A DNA stretch of 64,000 bases, from positions 1 to 64,000 of IMG/VR virus record IMGVR_UViG_3300035180_002703; one strand, 5' to 3'. The DNA comes from a virus. The notes under the pieces were generated by a model. The model was not told the DNA's origin. It ran no database searches and saw only the letters and a program-made list of their open reading frames with translations. Below are positions 27,908 through 37,394 of the stretch, one piece after another. The position numbers and the translations under genes were made by a program. Positions within the stretch are counted from its first letter, which is position 1; each line of letters opens with the position of its first letter.

Positions 27908-28990
27908 ATGCGTAAGATACAGAGGCTGTATCCACAACACGTGCTTGCAATGAATGAGCAGTGGGCGGCATTAGCGAGCGATCGTAGCCGCCCACTAGTA
28001 GAACTAGAAGCTAAAGCTAGAGAGATAATCCCAAAAGTCGGACATGCAACGGTATGGCGAGCCAGAAGTCTAGTCCTGGAAGGCAAAATCCCCGCACCGG
28101 GTTCCCTCAAACGATACGACACACCCCACGTCGGTGACAAAAAGATCGGGGACATTGACTGGCGGGAAATGCTGAATGCCACAAAGGAGTTTCAGCAGTA
28201 TCGCAAAACAACATCGTGGAGCAATGATCAGGCGACATGGGAACTGGACACAGACCAGGAGGTCGGCATTGCCATTATCGGAGATTGGCACTGGGGTTCT
28301 TGGGGCACCGACTATTCGCTGATCGAGCGGTTGACGGACGAAATTGTAAACACCCCGAACCTTTACATAATCGTCGTTGGCGATATGGAGCAAATGGCAA
28401 TCCGTCTCCGTGGTGTTTCAGAAGTTACTGACAACATGTGGCCTCCGGAATTGCAGCATGCATTCACGGAGTCTTGGCTCAAGACAGTAAAAGACAAGAT
28501 CGTCTGCGCATGTTGGGACAACCACAGCGTAGAGCGAGAAGAGCGAGGATCGGGCACATCTGTCTACAAGTGGATCATGTCAAGGCATGTTACCTACTTC
28601 AACGGCATTGCCCATGTGGACGTCCGCATAGGCAGGCAAATGTACCGGTTTGCCGTTTCGCACAGGTTTCGCGGTTCCTCAATGTTCAACCCTACGCATG
28701 CCCATGGCAGATACATTCGGCAGGAGGGACATGATAGGGAGATTGTTGTCGCGGGTGATACGCACGAGCCGGGAATGATGCAGTGCATGATCGGCCAAAG
28801 ACAGCGAACGCTGCTCAATTGTGGGTCGGCGCAGGTGGACTCGGGGTATGGCAAGCGATACTTTTCGCTCAAGACTGCAGAGGTGTTCCCAATGGTGGCT
28901 TTGCGACCGGACATACACAGAGTGACGCCATACTGGTCGATTACCCACTGGCTACGAATAGCTGGCCATGAGGATCAGCAGGAGGGATAG
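27908..28990 (+). CDS. Calcineurin-like metallophosphoesterase
   Basis: GDWH, VGD, DNH, SH, GDTH motifs. Confidence 0.85.
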   Translation: MRKIQRLYPQHVLAMNEQWAALASDRSRPLVELEAKAREIIPKVGHATVWRARSLVLEGKIPAPGSLKRYDTPHVGDKKIGDIDWREMLNATKEFQQYRKTTSWSNDQATWELDTDQEVGIAIIGDWHWGSWGTDYSLIERLTDEIVNTPNLYIIVVGDMEQMAIRLRGVSEVTDNMWPPELQHAFTESWLKTVKDKIVCACWDNHSVEREERGSGTSVYKWIMSRHVTYFNGIAHVDVRIGRQMYRFAVSHRFRGSSMFNPTHAHGRYIRQEGHDREIVVAGDTHEPGMMQCMIGQRQRTLLNCGSAQVDSGYGKRYFSLKTAEVFPMVALRPDIHRVTPYWSITHWLRIAGHEDQQEG

Positions 28991-28992
28991 CG

Positions 28993-29250
28993 GTGTCGGA
29001 ATGTGGATGTGATCGCGGGCAAGACGGCGGAGACGTTGTGAACCATCCGAGGCACTATTGCCGGGGCGGGATGGAGGCTAAGGACATTATAGCCGCAATG
29101 ATGCCACCCGAACTAACCGGGTATCAATGCTGGTGCTGGGGGAATGCCATGAAGTATATGCTCCGGCTCGGGTGTAAAGGCCCTGCGCTCGAAGACTTGG
29201 ACAAGGCGTTGGTGTACCTGCGATGGCTGCGGGAGTCATTGCGCAGGTAG
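28993..29250 (+). CDS. DUF3310-family protein
   Basis: DVVNHPRHY...GNAMKYMLR.G.K...EDLDKA..YL. Confidence 0.85.
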   Translation: MSECGCDRGQDGGDVVNHPRHYCRGGMEAKDIIAAMMPPELTGYQCWCWGNAMKYMLRLGCKGPALEDLDKALVYLRWLRESLRR

Positions 29251-29284
29251 CCGCCTTCAAATAGAATAACCCGAAAGTGATCAA

Positions 29285-29312
29285 GGCCCTGCCATCCGTG
29301 GCGGGGCCTCTA
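29285..29312 (+). terminator. GC-rich hairpin ending the late operon
   Basis: GGCCCTGCCA-TCCG-TGGCGGGGCC-TCTATGTAT. Confidence 0.6.
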
Positions 29313-29365
29313 TGTATCACCATACGAACAGGCAATACTTGCCTGCTTACGGCTTGATTGGTGAC

Positions 29366-29394
29366 AGTATACCACAACCCAAATGGCATGTCAA
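29366..29394 (-). promoter_or_regulatory. Leftward sigma70 promoter with no downstream ORF
   Basis: TTGACA-17-TATACT with extended TG on the minus strand. Confidence 0.75.
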
Positions 29395-29430
29395 GCCTTT
29401 TCCGCGAATTTTCGAAACTTTCTCGCTGGC

Positions 29431-29459
29431 TTGACTTTTCCGGGAAGGCGTGATATAAT
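29431..29459 (+). promoter_or_regulatory. sigma70 promoter
   Basis: TTGACT-17-TATAAT with TG. Confidence 0.85.
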
Positions 29460-29494
29460 ATACCAGTCAAACAGAACGATCAACGGGGGTAAGA

Positions 29495-29812
29495 ATGCGA
29501 GAGGTAGTTGACTGGAAGCTGTATGACACAGCTAATGCCATTCGTGTAGCTGACTTGGGTGATGACACGGAGGGCACTACCGAATGGATGGCCGGGCTTT
29601 ACTGGGAGCCGAACATGGCGGAATGGTTTCTGGCAGGATTTGGCAGGTCAGAGTCCCCGCTGGCGATTGAGACAGAGGCAGGCAAGAAGTCTAACTTCGC
29701 TGGGATCAAGCCAATGTCTCAACGCGAAGCTGAGGATTTCGTGGATCGGTTTGGGGATGATGAAGCACGTCGTGAGCTAAATGACTTTCTTGCTAATGGC
29801 AGGAAGGACTGA
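29495..29812 (+). CDS. Early protein, 'YDT' paralogue family
   Basis: MREVVDWKLYDT...LY...WFLAG.G..SP; similar to 31157, 36168, 36525. Confidence 0.7.
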   Translation: MREVVDWKLYDTANAIRVADLGDDTEGTTEWMAGLYWEPNMAEWFLAGFGRSESPLAIETEAGKKSNFAGIKPMSQREAEDFVDRFGDDEARRELNDFLANGRKD

Positions 29813-29840
29813 GGCGCAATAGCGCAGAATGGAGGGGGAA

Positions 29841-29990
29841 ATGGACCAACACATGGCGGATGACTTCTTCGGGCTTGCCGTTGCACTCGCAAGGGCCAAG
29901 GCTGACGAAGTGGCGATTGAGTCGGCGTTGATGTCGCTTGTGCAGACCGAGAAGCAGAATGCCAACGACAAGCAAAAGCTTGATAGCTAG
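29841..29990 (+). CDS. Small hypothetical protein (49 aa), absent from the ORF track
   Basis: RBS GGAGGGGG; MDQHMADDFFGLAVALARAKADEVAIESAL... Confidence 0.55.
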   Translation: MDQHMADDFFGLAVALARAKADEVAIESALMSLVQTEKQNANDKQKLDS

Positions 29991-30016
29991 CTAGCTATCG
30001 CGAAAGGAGAGGGACA

Positions 30017-31141
30017 ATGGTCATTGAGTGCAAGCGCAAAGAACTGTTCGATGCGATGGATCGCGTCTCATACGCCATCTCAAATCGAACGTCTCTGTCG
30101 GTAATGAAGCACGTGCTCATGGAAACTGTCGATAGCGACCATGTGAAGCTGAGCGCGGGCGACCTTGAGCTGTTTGTGTCAATCACCATTCCGGCATCCG
30201 TGAGGCAGACTGGTGCCTGCACGATGGAGGCCAAGCGCGGGTCGGAGCTGATTGGATCGCTTGTTGGGAATGAGGTGCTTCTCGATACGAAGCGTGGGTT
30301 TGCCGTGCATGTCGCCTGCGAAAATTCCAGGTACGTGCTCGCAGGTTTGGACCCCGAGAGCTATCCGAGTCTGCCAGAAGTGACAGATGAAATCAGCTTC
30401 ACGATTCCCCAGCGCACATTGCGAGAGATGATCAGGCAGACTGCGTTCGCGATGTCGAAAGATTACTCGCGAGCAAACATAGCTTGCACACTGTTCGACC
30501 TTGAGGAAAGCAAGCTCACCTTGGTTGCCACCGACTCGTTCCGTCTGGCATGCCGAAGTGAATCTGTCACGGATTCCAGCGGCTCGGCTCAGTCTCTTGT
30601 GCCCTCCCGCGCCATCACGGAGTTGAGCAAGCTGCTGGAGGACGCTCCGGGCGATGTGCGTGTGAGTGCGACATCCAGTCAGATCAAGTTCTCCATGCCG
30701 AACGACATCACGTTCATTTCCAGGCTTGTCGACGGCAAGTACATTGGTTACAAGCGCGTCATCCCGGAGTCTGCGTCTATCAAGCTCAAGACCCCGCGGC
30801 GCGAGCTGCTTGATGCCGTTCGTCGCGCAGAGATTGTGGCTTCCCGCGTTTCCCACCGCGTCACATTCCATTGGCATGAATCGACGCTGGCTGTCACTGC
30901 CAACGAAACGGACGGTGGCAGCGCGCGCGAGCTCGTGGATGGCTACTACGGAGCGCGTACTGACGTCAACATGGCGTTCAACGCGTTGTATCTTTCCGAC
31001 GCGCTCAAGGCTATGGACGGCCAATTCGTGGAGTTCCAGATGGATGACCCGGAGCGAACGGTGGTTCTGAGGCCTGTGGATGAAAAGGACAAGCCCGCAC
31101 CGGACTACCTTTGCATAGTCATGCCGATGAAGAGCTTCTAG
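30017..31141 (+). CDS. dnaN: DNA polymerase III beta sliding clamp
   Basis: 374 aa; LVATDSFRLA, SRLVDGKY..YKRVIP, FNALYL.DAL, YLCIVMPM C-terminus. Confidence 0.95.
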   Translation: MVIECKRKELFDAMDRVSYAISNRTSLSVMKHVLMETVDSDHVKLSAGDLELFVSITIPASVRQTGACTMEAKRGSELIGSLVGNEVLLDTKRGFAVHVACENSRYVLAGLDPESYPSLPEVTDEISFTIPQRTLREMIRQTAFAMSKDYSRANIACTLFDLEESKLTLVATDSFRLACRSESVTDSSGSAQSLVPSRAITELSKLLEDAPGDVRVSATSSQIKFSMPNDITFISRLVDGKYIGYKRVIPESASIKLKTPRRELLDAVRRAEIVASRVSHRVTFHWHESTLAVTANETDGGSARELVDGYYGARTDVNMAFNALYLSDALKAMDGQFVEFQMDDPERTVVLRPVDEKDKPAPDYLCIVMPMKSF

Positions 31142-31156
31142 ATCGGAGGCAAAGCC

Positions 31157-31528
31157 ATGAGGGAAACCGTGGATGGCACGACGTTCGACGAATCTCGCGC
31201 GGTGTTCGTGGCACACGTCGATTTCGAGGATTGCGAGGAGGATTGCGGCTGGAGCGGTGACATCTACGTGTACGACGACATAAGCAGATGGTTCCTGGTC
31301 GGGAAAGGCGGAGCATGGACCGTCTTCAGCAAGTGCATGGGTAAGTACGACGACAGGGAACCGGGGGAGGCTGTCCTTGAGCTATCCAAGGACGAAGTGA
31401 TCTACCTTCTCCGAGGCGAGGCGTCCGCGGCGTCGTATGATGCACTTCAGAAGTACGCGAAAGAGCTCGATTACGACCCAGACACGGACTACGATGACGA
31501 AGAGCCGTACATCTACGTTCTGGAATGA
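31157..31528 (+). CDS. Early protein, 'YDT' paralogue family
   Basis: MRETVDGTTFDE...IY...RWFLVGKGG. Confidence 0.7.
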   Translation: MRETVDGTTFDESRAVFVAHVDFEDCEEDCGWSGDIYVYDDISRWFLVGKGGAWTVFSKCMGKYDDREPGEAVLELSKDEVIYLLRGEASAASYDALQKYAKELDYDPDTDYDDEEPYIYVLE

Positions 31529-31547
31529 CGTGTGAGGGGCACCATCT

Positions 31548-31625
31548 GTGATAAAGTACCTCGGCTCCAAGCGTCTGCTATTGCCGAACATTCTTGCGTG
31601 TATAGAGGCATTACAGCCTAGGCTG
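31548..31625 (+). pseudogene. N-terminal remnant of a DNA adenine methyltransferase
   Basis: MIKYLGSKRLLLPNI matches the YxGxK start of D12-class MTases; motif I is absent and the frame runs into a promoter. Confidence 0.55.
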
Positions 31626-31745
31626 AGCTTCAGATGGTGCCCCCAACGTTCTGCGTTCGACTGCCGAGATCGCGGCTTTGGCCGCGCTCGGCGCATGCAT
31701 GAAGCATATCCTCCAGTTTATTTCCCAATAGAACGGCATCAGGGG

Positions 31746-31822
31746 TTGACATCGTGCGAACGGCATGATATAATATACATAGTAGTAAACGATAAGCCGC
31801 CACCGTTCGCGGGGCGCACGTT
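31746..31822 (+). promoter_or_regulatory. sigma70 promoter plus leader motif A copy 1 (31788..31822)
   Basis: TTGACA-17-TATAAT; AACG-ATAAGC-CGCC-A-CC(GTTCGC)GG-GGCG-CA-CGTT. Confidence 0.85.
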
Positions 31823-31836
31823 ATGGGGAGAGGGGT

Positions 31837-32634
31837 GTGGAGAAAGAGTACACGCAACAGTTGCTGGATCGCGCAGTGTGGAAACACCAGCGGTGGATGC
31901 GAGAGAAACGCTACGCGGCGCAGCGGCTCAATCTGTCAGACATTCAGCTGAACGGTCTCGATTTGTCGGGCCTTGACCTAAGCTACGCCATCTGCGTCAA
32001 CACGACTTTCAACAAGTGCAACCTGAAGGGCGTGAACCTGATGTTGGGTGTTGCGGCGCAGGCCCGATTCCTGGAATCGAATCTGCGAGGGGCTGATCTC
32101 TCCCATTCTATGCTGTCGGAGGCCACCTTCTGGGCGAGCATCCTGTCGGAGTCCGACTTTGGCAGCGCGAATTGCTCGGGTGCATGTTTTGACGAAGTAC
32201 TGCTTACCGGGGCGAGATTCAACAAGACCATCCTGTATGACGCAGTGTTCCGAAACGCTCACAACGTGCCGGAATCCGCTCGGGCGTTCTCCCGCATCAC
32301 TCCCGAAACCGGATCGTTCGAGATGTGGAAGAAATGCGACGGAGACGTGCTGGTGAGGCTTCTGGTTCCTGCGGATGCCCATCGGGAGAACGGGTGTTCG
32401 CGTCTACTGCGGGTCTCGAAAGCCGTTGTGCTGGAGATATTGGGGCCACACGGCGAAACGACGGTCAGAAACATGTCCGATCCAGATGTCGAGTACAAGG
32501 TCGGGGATGTTGTTACTCCGCGAGAAGGCTTCAACCCAGATTGGGAGAACGAGTATTCGGGAGGAATCCACGGATATCTGTCTCGCGCAGAGGCCGCATC
32601 ACCAGGTATTTACAAGATCGATGTTGACGAATGA
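31837..32634 (+). CDS. Pentapeptide-repeat protein with DUF5758-like C-terminal domain
   Basis: A(N/D)Lxx repeats; FEMWKKC..VRLLVPADA..LRVSKA..YKVG..GIHGYL. Confidence 0.85.
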   Translation: MEKEYTQQLLDRAVWKHQRWMREKRYAAQRLNLSDIQLNGLDLSGLDLSYAICVNTTFNKCNLKGVNLMLGVAAQARFLESNLRGADLSHSMLSEATFWASILSESDFGSANCSGACFDEVLLTGARFNKTILYDAVFRNAHNVPESARAFSRITPETGSFEMWKKCDGDVLVRLLVPADAHRENGCSRLLRVSKAVVLEILGPHGETTVRNMSDPDVEYKVGDVVTPREGFNPDWENEYSGGIHGYLSRAEAASPGIYKIDVDE

Positions 32635-32685
32635 CACAGAAGCGAAACACTTAGGCGCATACATTGGAAGAGGAGGAGAGGGAAT

Positions 32686-33060
32686 ATGGTATCGATTGTA
32701 ACTGTCGCAATGCCCGTGGAGATGGGGCAGAAGCTTGAGGAACTGCGTGCGGAATACGGACACGCATCGCGGTCGGCGATCGTTCGGATGGCGGTTGAAT
32801 CGTTCATCCGCGGCGGCGGCGTGGGTGGAGAGAAAAGCAAGTGTCCTGCTCTGACGTGGCATGCGGTATCAGATCAGTTGCCGGACGATTCGGAGGTGAA
32901 GCTCGTAACCGTTCTCGACTCACATGGTGGCCGTTGTGTGGCGACGTCCTATTACATCAAAGGCAGCTGGTACAGTGATGGCCCATACTCGTCGCTTCCT
33001 GTCATTGCATGGACCGATTGGCCGGAGGCATGGGACGGAGAGGTGAAGAAGAATGGATAA
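32686..33060 (+). CDS. Ribbon-helix-helix + DUF551-like protein
   Basis: IVTVAMP..LEEL....SRSAIVRMAV; WHAVSDQLP...VIAWTDWPE. Confidence 0.7.
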   Translation: MVSIVTVAMPVEMGQKLEELRAEYGHASRSAIVRMAVESFIRGGGVGGEKSKCPALTWHAVSDQLPDDSEVKLVTVLDSHGGRCVATSYYIKGSWYSDGPYSSLPVIAWTDWPEAWDGEVKKNG

Positions 33061-33511
33061 TGATGGATTGCAGGTCGCCGAACGAGCAGAAGAAGAGCGC
33101 GGGGGAGAAGCGATAAAGCCTGGCGATCTGGTGATCTGCGGCGTAAATGGTGATCGAGGCCGGGTTGTGCGAACTCACACCAAGCTGGTCTGGACGGATG
33201 AACCAGAGATGAAGGTGCACGAAGAGACTGTACTCACCTGCGAGCTGCCCGAATGGAGCACGGAATGGGAGTACGATGTCGATGAAGTGACCCCGGTAGA
33301 GATTGCACCGACTGGCACGAACAATGCGAACTGCAGTATTCGCGTTGGAGACGTCATCCAACTCGAAGAGACAGGTCTGCTTGCACGGGTTGAGTCTGTT
33401 ACACTCAAGACGAAAGGTACACACGATGGAGTCAAACAGTACCTAGCATTCTCGGTCGTTATCGAACCTGGGCAACGCATGGTCTTGTGGGATACCGAGG
33501 TTGATATTTAG
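33053..33511 (+). CDS. Hypothetical protein with two KOW/SH3-like units
   Basis: IKPGDLV..GRV and IRVGDVI..ARV. Confidence 0.55.
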   Translation: MDNDGLQVAERAEEERGGEAIKPGDLVICGVNGDRGRVVRTHTKLVWTDEPEMKVHEETVLTCELPEWSTEWEYDVDEVTPVEIAPTGTNNANCSIRVGDVIQLEETGLLARVESVTLKTKGTHDGVKQYLAFSVVIEPGQRMVLWDTEVDI

Positions 33512-33547
33512 ACTGCGAGGAGAACAACGACGCAAAGGAGGGTGGAA

Positions 33548-33766
33548 ATGGAGAACATCGGGCTGAAAGTCGGTGACAGGGTCGTGGTGCTGCATGACGG
33601 CGAGCCGGGCAAAGTGGTGTTTCTGTCTTCCTACGGCGGATGGACAACACTCACGGTCAAGGCTGATATTGGCGGATGTGGCACATGGATGCTGAACGGG
33701 CCGGATGCGATTGCCGAGGTGGTCCGCAAGGTGCCTGCAGAAACGGGATGTATCGCCAATGCCTGA
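33548..33766 (+). CDS. Small KOW-like protein
   Basis: LKVGDRVVVLHDGEPGKVV; RBS AAGGAGGG. Confidence 0.55.
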   Translation: MENIGLKVGDRVVVLHDGEPGKVVFLSSYGGWTTLTVKADIGGCGTWMLNGPDAIAEVVRKVPAETGCIANA

Positions 33767-33806
33767 GCTGGGGGCGTGGAGTGGAGAGGAATAGGAGGGG
33801 GAATCA

Positions 33807-34346
33807 ATGAACAAGGTCTCTCAAGAAGAAATGAAAGGAATCCTCCAGCGTCATAGTCTGTGGCTACTCACGAGCGCTGGAGGGGAGCGTGCTATGCTGG
33901 CGGGATGTGATTTGAGGGGTCTCGATCTATCGGAAGCGAACCTGGCATATGCCAACATGGCAGGCTGCATGCTCGATAATGCGAACCTTTCTCGCGCTAT
34001 GATGTCGTACGCAAACCTGGCCGACGCCACGCTGAGAGGGGTGAACGCCGTCGAGGCATCGTTCGATCGGGCCAACCTTTCTCACGCGATCCTGGCGCGG
34101 GCCGATCTGACGAATGCCAACCTGGAGTGGGCGATTTGTACGCAGACGGCATTCACCTACGCGAAGATGGATGGGATTCGGTTCTACGGCATCACGCTGG
34201 TTGGTGCATGGTTCATGGGAACGTCGGCTGTCGGCCATATGATAGAGGCTGCCAAGTATGATTTGAAGAACGCGCAGTGGACGCTCGACCGCATCGAAGA
34301 AGAGACCGAGAGACAGGCCAAACACGCACAGTTGTCGCAGTCGTAG
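33807..34346 (+). CDS. Pentapeptide-repeat protein
   Basis: ILQRHSLWL..GGERAML head, then ANLxx repeats. Confidence 0.9.
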   Translation: MNKVSQEEMKGILQRHSLWLLTSAGGERAMLAGCDLRGLDLSEANLAYANMAGCMLDNANLSRAMMSYANLADATLRGVNAVEASFDRANLSHAILARADLTNANLEWAICTQTAFTYAKMDGIRFYGITLVGAWFMGTSAVGHMIEAAKYDLKNAQWTLDRIEEETERQAKHAQLSQS

Positions 34347-34348
34347 CG

Positions 34349-34386
34349 TGCCCCAGTAAGCCGCCACCTTAGGGGGCGCATGGGCA
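34349..34386 (+). promoter_or_regulatory. Leader motif A copy 2
   Basis: CCCA-GTAAGC-CGCC-A-CC(TTAG)GG-GGCG-CA-TGGG, then AAGGAGG. Confidence 0.8.
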
Positions 34387-34398
34387 AGGAGGGGTGGG

Positions 34399-35079
34399 AT
34401 GACGAATAAGATGTCGCAGGAGAAGCTGGATCGGATTCTGGATGCACACGAGGCATGGCTGGGGAGGAAACCTGGAGGCAGAAGGGCTAGGCTGTGCGGA
34501 AAGAACATGTCGGGGCTGAACTTCGCGGGCCGTACGCTGAGGCACATCATCTTGGCAGACGCCGAACTGCACGGTGCGAACCTGTCCGGGGCCGATCTCG
34601 ACGCAGCGAATCTCAGTTGCGCGAACATGTGGAGGGTAAATGCAGAGCGAGCAACTTTCCGAGAGACGGACCTTTCTTGCGCCGATCTCTCAGGTGCGAG
34701 GCTGTTCGACGCCGATCTCGATACAGCGAATCTCAGTCACGCGAAGATGTGGGGTGCGAATGCGGAGCGGGCGGCTTTCCGAGAAGCGAACCTTTCTTGC
34801 GCCGATCTGCGGAAAGCGAACCTAGAAGGATCGGTGTTTACCCAGGCTAATCTGTCTGGAGCTCGCCTATCAGGTGCGCATATCGACGGCGCTAAGTGGA
34901 CGGACGCCGTCATGGCGATTGCGGATGTTCGCGATGTGGCTCCGACCGAGGAATTCCTGGATGCTTTTTACGATTGGAAGATATGTGTAGACAGTGCATA
35001 TACAACTTGCTGCCAGCGTTACGCAGTGGCGGTAGCCACCCAAACGAATGGCGCTGACGAAACGGAGGGGGAACAATGA
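34399..35079 (+). CDS. Pentapeptide-repeat protein
   Basis: ILDAHEAWL head; ADLSGANL repeats. Confidence 0.9.
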   Translation: MTNKMSQEKLDRILDAHEAWLGRKPGGRRARLCGKNMSGLNFAGRTLRHIILADAELHGANLSGADLDAANLSCANMWRVNAERATFRETDLSCADLSGARLFDADLDTANLSHAKMWGANAERAAFREANLSCADLRKANLEGSVFTQANLSGARLSGAHIDGAKWTDAVMAIADVRDVAPTEEFLDAFYDWKICVDSAYTTCCQRYAVAVATQTNGADETEGEQ

Positions 35080-35657
35080 AGCGAATGACACAGAAGAAGC
35101 TGAACAAGATTCTGGATGCACACGAGGCGTGGCTTAGGATGGAGAAGAAAGGGAAGAGGGCCATGCTTTGTGGAAAGAACATGTCCGGCTTGGACTTCTC
35201 GGGGCGAAAGCTGAGACACGCATGCATGGCGCATTCCGTTCTGATGTATGCGAACCTGCGGGGTGCGGATTTCTCAGATGCCATTCTGATCGACGCGATT
35301 ATGCTAGGAGCCGACGCAGAGAATGCGGTGTTCTGGAACGCGCACCTAACATCTGCAAATTTGTTGGATGCGAACCTGCGGAATGCGGACTTCACTCAGG
35401 CGATCGTTGTGGGGATTCTTCTAACGGAGGCGAACACGAAGGGGGCGATCTGGGACGACGCTGTTCGGCAATACTGGAATAAGCCCATGTGGTACTGGGA
35501 AACCGAGTTCGGAGAGTCGAAACATGACACAAACGAAACGGAGGGGGACAATGAAGCGAATGAAGCCAATGACACAGAAGGAGCTGAACAAGGTTCTGGA
35601 TGCACATCAAGCGTGGCTGAAACTGAGGAAGGGCGAGATGGCTGTCCTAGCCAGTAG
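35076..35657 (+). CDS. Pentapeptide-repeat protein
   Basis: Tandem paralogue; acidic tail overlaps the next gene. Confidence 0.85.
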   Translation: MKRMTQKKLNKILDAHEAWLRMEKKGKRAMLCGKNMSGLDFSGRKLRHACMAHSVLMYANLRGADFSDAILIDAIMLGADAENAVFWNAHLTSANLLDANLRNADFTQAIVVGILLTEANTKGAIWDDAVRQYWNKPMWYWETEFGESKHDTNETEGDNEANEANDTEGAEQGSGCTSSVAETEEGRDGCPSQ

Positions 35658-36078
35658 GAACATGTCCGGCTTGGACTTCTCGGGCAGGAACTTGTTCTTG
35701 GCAAACCTGTCTCGTGCTGATCTGCATGGCGCAAAACTGAGAGGTACGGACCTGCAGTCTTGCGACCTGAGCGGTGCGGATATGCATGATGTGGATGCAG
35801 AGGGTGCGTCATTCGAGAAGGCTCAGTTGACTCGTGCGTGCCTGAGGAAAGCGAACCTGCGCAGAGCAAATTTTAGCAAGGCGTGTCTTGCTGGCGCTGA
35901 TCTATCGGGTGCACATATCCAGAACGCAGTCTGGGATTATGCCGACATGAACTTCGGGTTTGCCAACGGAGTAATGCCGAGGGAAGAGCTGTTAGAGGCC
36001 CTGAAGCAGTGGAAGCTCCGTGTTGATGCCGAGTACGAGAAGTTCTGCGCGGATGTTGAGGAACACTCGGAGAAATAG
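35551..36078 (+). CDS. Pentapeptide-repeat protein
   Basis: RBS GGAGGGGG; VLDAHQAWL head; ANL repeats. Confidence 0.88.
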   Translation: MKRMKPMTQKELNKVLDAHQAWLKLRKGEMAVLASRNMSGLDFSGRNLFLANLSRADLHGAKLRGTDLQSCDLSGADMHDVDAEGASFEKAQLTRACLRKANLRRANFSKACLAGADLSGAHIQNAVWDYADMNFGFANGVMPREELLEALKQWKLRVDAEYEKFCADVEEHSEK

Positions 36079-36079
36079 C

Positions 36080-36159
36080 TTGACAAACCCGAAGAAGACG
36101 GGATATAATATGTACGTAGAAAGCCGATAAGACGCTACCTGTTACGGAGCGCGCGGGCT
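36080..36159 (+). promoter_or_regulatory. sigma70 promoter plus leader motif A copy 3 (36122..36159)
   Basis: TTGACA-18-TATAAT; CCG-ATAAGA-CGCT-A-CC(TGTTAC)GG-AGCG-CG-CGG. Confidence 0.8.
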
Positions 36160-36167
36160 GAGGGGGA

Positions 36168-36509
36168 ATGAGCATGAAGCGTGTGGTAAATGGCCTGCTG
36201 TACGATACCGACACTTCCCATTTGATTGCGGAGGGCTTGTCGAGAGACTATTGGGGAAGATCAGCATGGCAAGGCAGCCTGTATATCACGCCGAGGTCTC
36301 GCAGATGGTTCGTAGTGGGCCACGGCGATCCCGATAGCATCTTTTCGGGAATCCCAAATAACGAGGGGATTGTGCCAGTCGACTCCAAGTTTGTCGTGGA
36401 CATGCTCGAATACGTTGAGGAAGACGTGTTCAACATACTGCTGAAGTACAAAAGCGATCTTGGAATTCGCGATGCCGACGAAGTGCCAATTGGCACGGTC
36501 GGCTGCTAG
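36168..36509 (+). CDS. Early protein, 'YDT' paralogue family
   Basis: KRVVNGLLYDTDTS...LYITPRSRRWF. Confidence 0.75.
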   Translation: MSMKRVVNGLLYDTDTSHLIAEGLSRDYWGRSAWQGSLYITPRSRRWFVVGHGDPDSIFSGIPNNEGIVPVDSKFVVDMLEYVEEDVFNILLKYKSDLGIRDADEVPIGTVGC

Positions 36510-36524
36510 AAAGGAGAGGGAACA

Positions 36525-36872
36525 ATGAAGCAAGTCATTGACGGTATTCGCTACGATACCGAGAAGGCGGTTCCTGTTGCGCGGGTCTCCGGCAATAGCG
36601 GAACCCCGCACTGGTTCAGTGGCACGCTCTACATCACTCCGAGGTCTCGCCGGTGGTTTATGTCGGGCGATGGCGGTCCATACAGTCCGTTCGGCCAGAG
36701 CGTCGGCTGGGGCGCATACGCCAGCGGATCGGGGATCGCACCTCTAACTCCGGAGCGCGCTCGGGAGATTCTTGAGGGAGGGGATGATGAGTGCCAGAGC
36801 GCGATGGAAAGGTATGCCGAGGAGCTCGGCATCGTCGACGCGGATGACGTGAAGGAGCTGGCCACTGTCTGA
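36525..36872 (+). CDS. Early protein, 'YDT' paralogue family
   Basis: KQVIDGIRYDTEKA...LYITPRSRRWF. Confidence 0.75.
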   Translation: MKQVIDGIRYDTEKAVPVARVSGNSGTPHWFSGTLYITPRSRRWFMSGDGGPYSPFGQSVGWGAYASGSGIAPLTPERAREILEGGDDECQSAMERYAEELGIVDADDVKELATV

Positions 36873-36930
36873 TCGGTCCAGAACCCCGGGGGGGCAGGCA
36901 GAACACCCCCCGGGGGAAGAATAGAAGGGG

Positions 36931-37004
36931 TTGACAAGCCGACTATCGTATGATATAATATGTACATAGTCAAGCCGATAAGCCGCCAACAAGAGGCGCA
37001 CGGC
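36931..37004 (+). promoter_or_regulatory. sigma70 promoter plus leader motif A copy 4 (36974..37004)
   Basis: TTGACA-17-TATAAT; GCCG-ATAAGC-CGCC-A-ACAAGA-GGCG-CA-CGGC. Confidence 0.85.
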
Positions 37005-37019
37005 GAAAGGAGAGGGAAC

Positions 37020-37328
37020 ATGAACAGCACCGAGGCTCCTATGACGCTCACCGCGCTGGCCGCCGATCAGGAGTGGAACCTGGTGGAGTCGCTCAAGGGC
37101 ATCGCTGACGGGCAGCGTGTTCCAGAGACCATCGACACTCTGGTTCGTCTCGCCGAGGAGTATCAGAAGTCCGCTCGCGATAAGCTGGCCGAATCGGAAA
37201 GGCTGAAGAAGTATCCTGTATCGGCGCACTTCCTCGCTCACGAGAAGGAATGCGACGCGCTGGATGACGCTCGGGTTGCCAAGGCGTACAACGACATGGT
37301 GGATAGGCTCACGAAGTACCTGCACTGA
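37020..37328 (+). CDS. Hypothetical helical early protein
   Basis: RBS AGGAG; shares LKGIA(D/E)GQ..ET...TL with 37438..37842. Confidence 0.65.
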   Translation: MNSTEAPMTLTALAADQEWNLVESLKGIADGQRVPETIDTLVRLAEEYQKSARDKLAESERLKKYPVSAHFLAHEKECDALDDARVAKAYNDMVDRLTKYLH

Positions 37329-37329
37329 C

Positions 37330-37394
37330 TGCCGAAACCGGCTTTCGGGCCGGTCTGCACCGGGCGGCTCCCGGCGCACTGAAGAGGCAAGCCG
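37330..37394 (+). ncRNA. Type II hammerhead ribozyme 1
   Basis: TGCC-GAAA-[CCGGCT TTCG GGCCGG]-TC^-[TGCACCGGG CGGCT CCCGGCGCA]-CTGAAGA-GGCA; predicted cleavage after C37355. Confidence 0.9.

Noticed and set aside
30179-31216. 345-aa minus-strand ORF and similar long antisense ORFs (18043, 24363, 49932)
   Set aside because: Shadows of well-supported + strand genes in GC-rich DNA; no motifs or RBS
31548-31976. 142-aa ORF as an intact gene
   Set aside because: Only the first ~25 codons resemble an MTase; the rest crosses a promoter, motif A and the next gene
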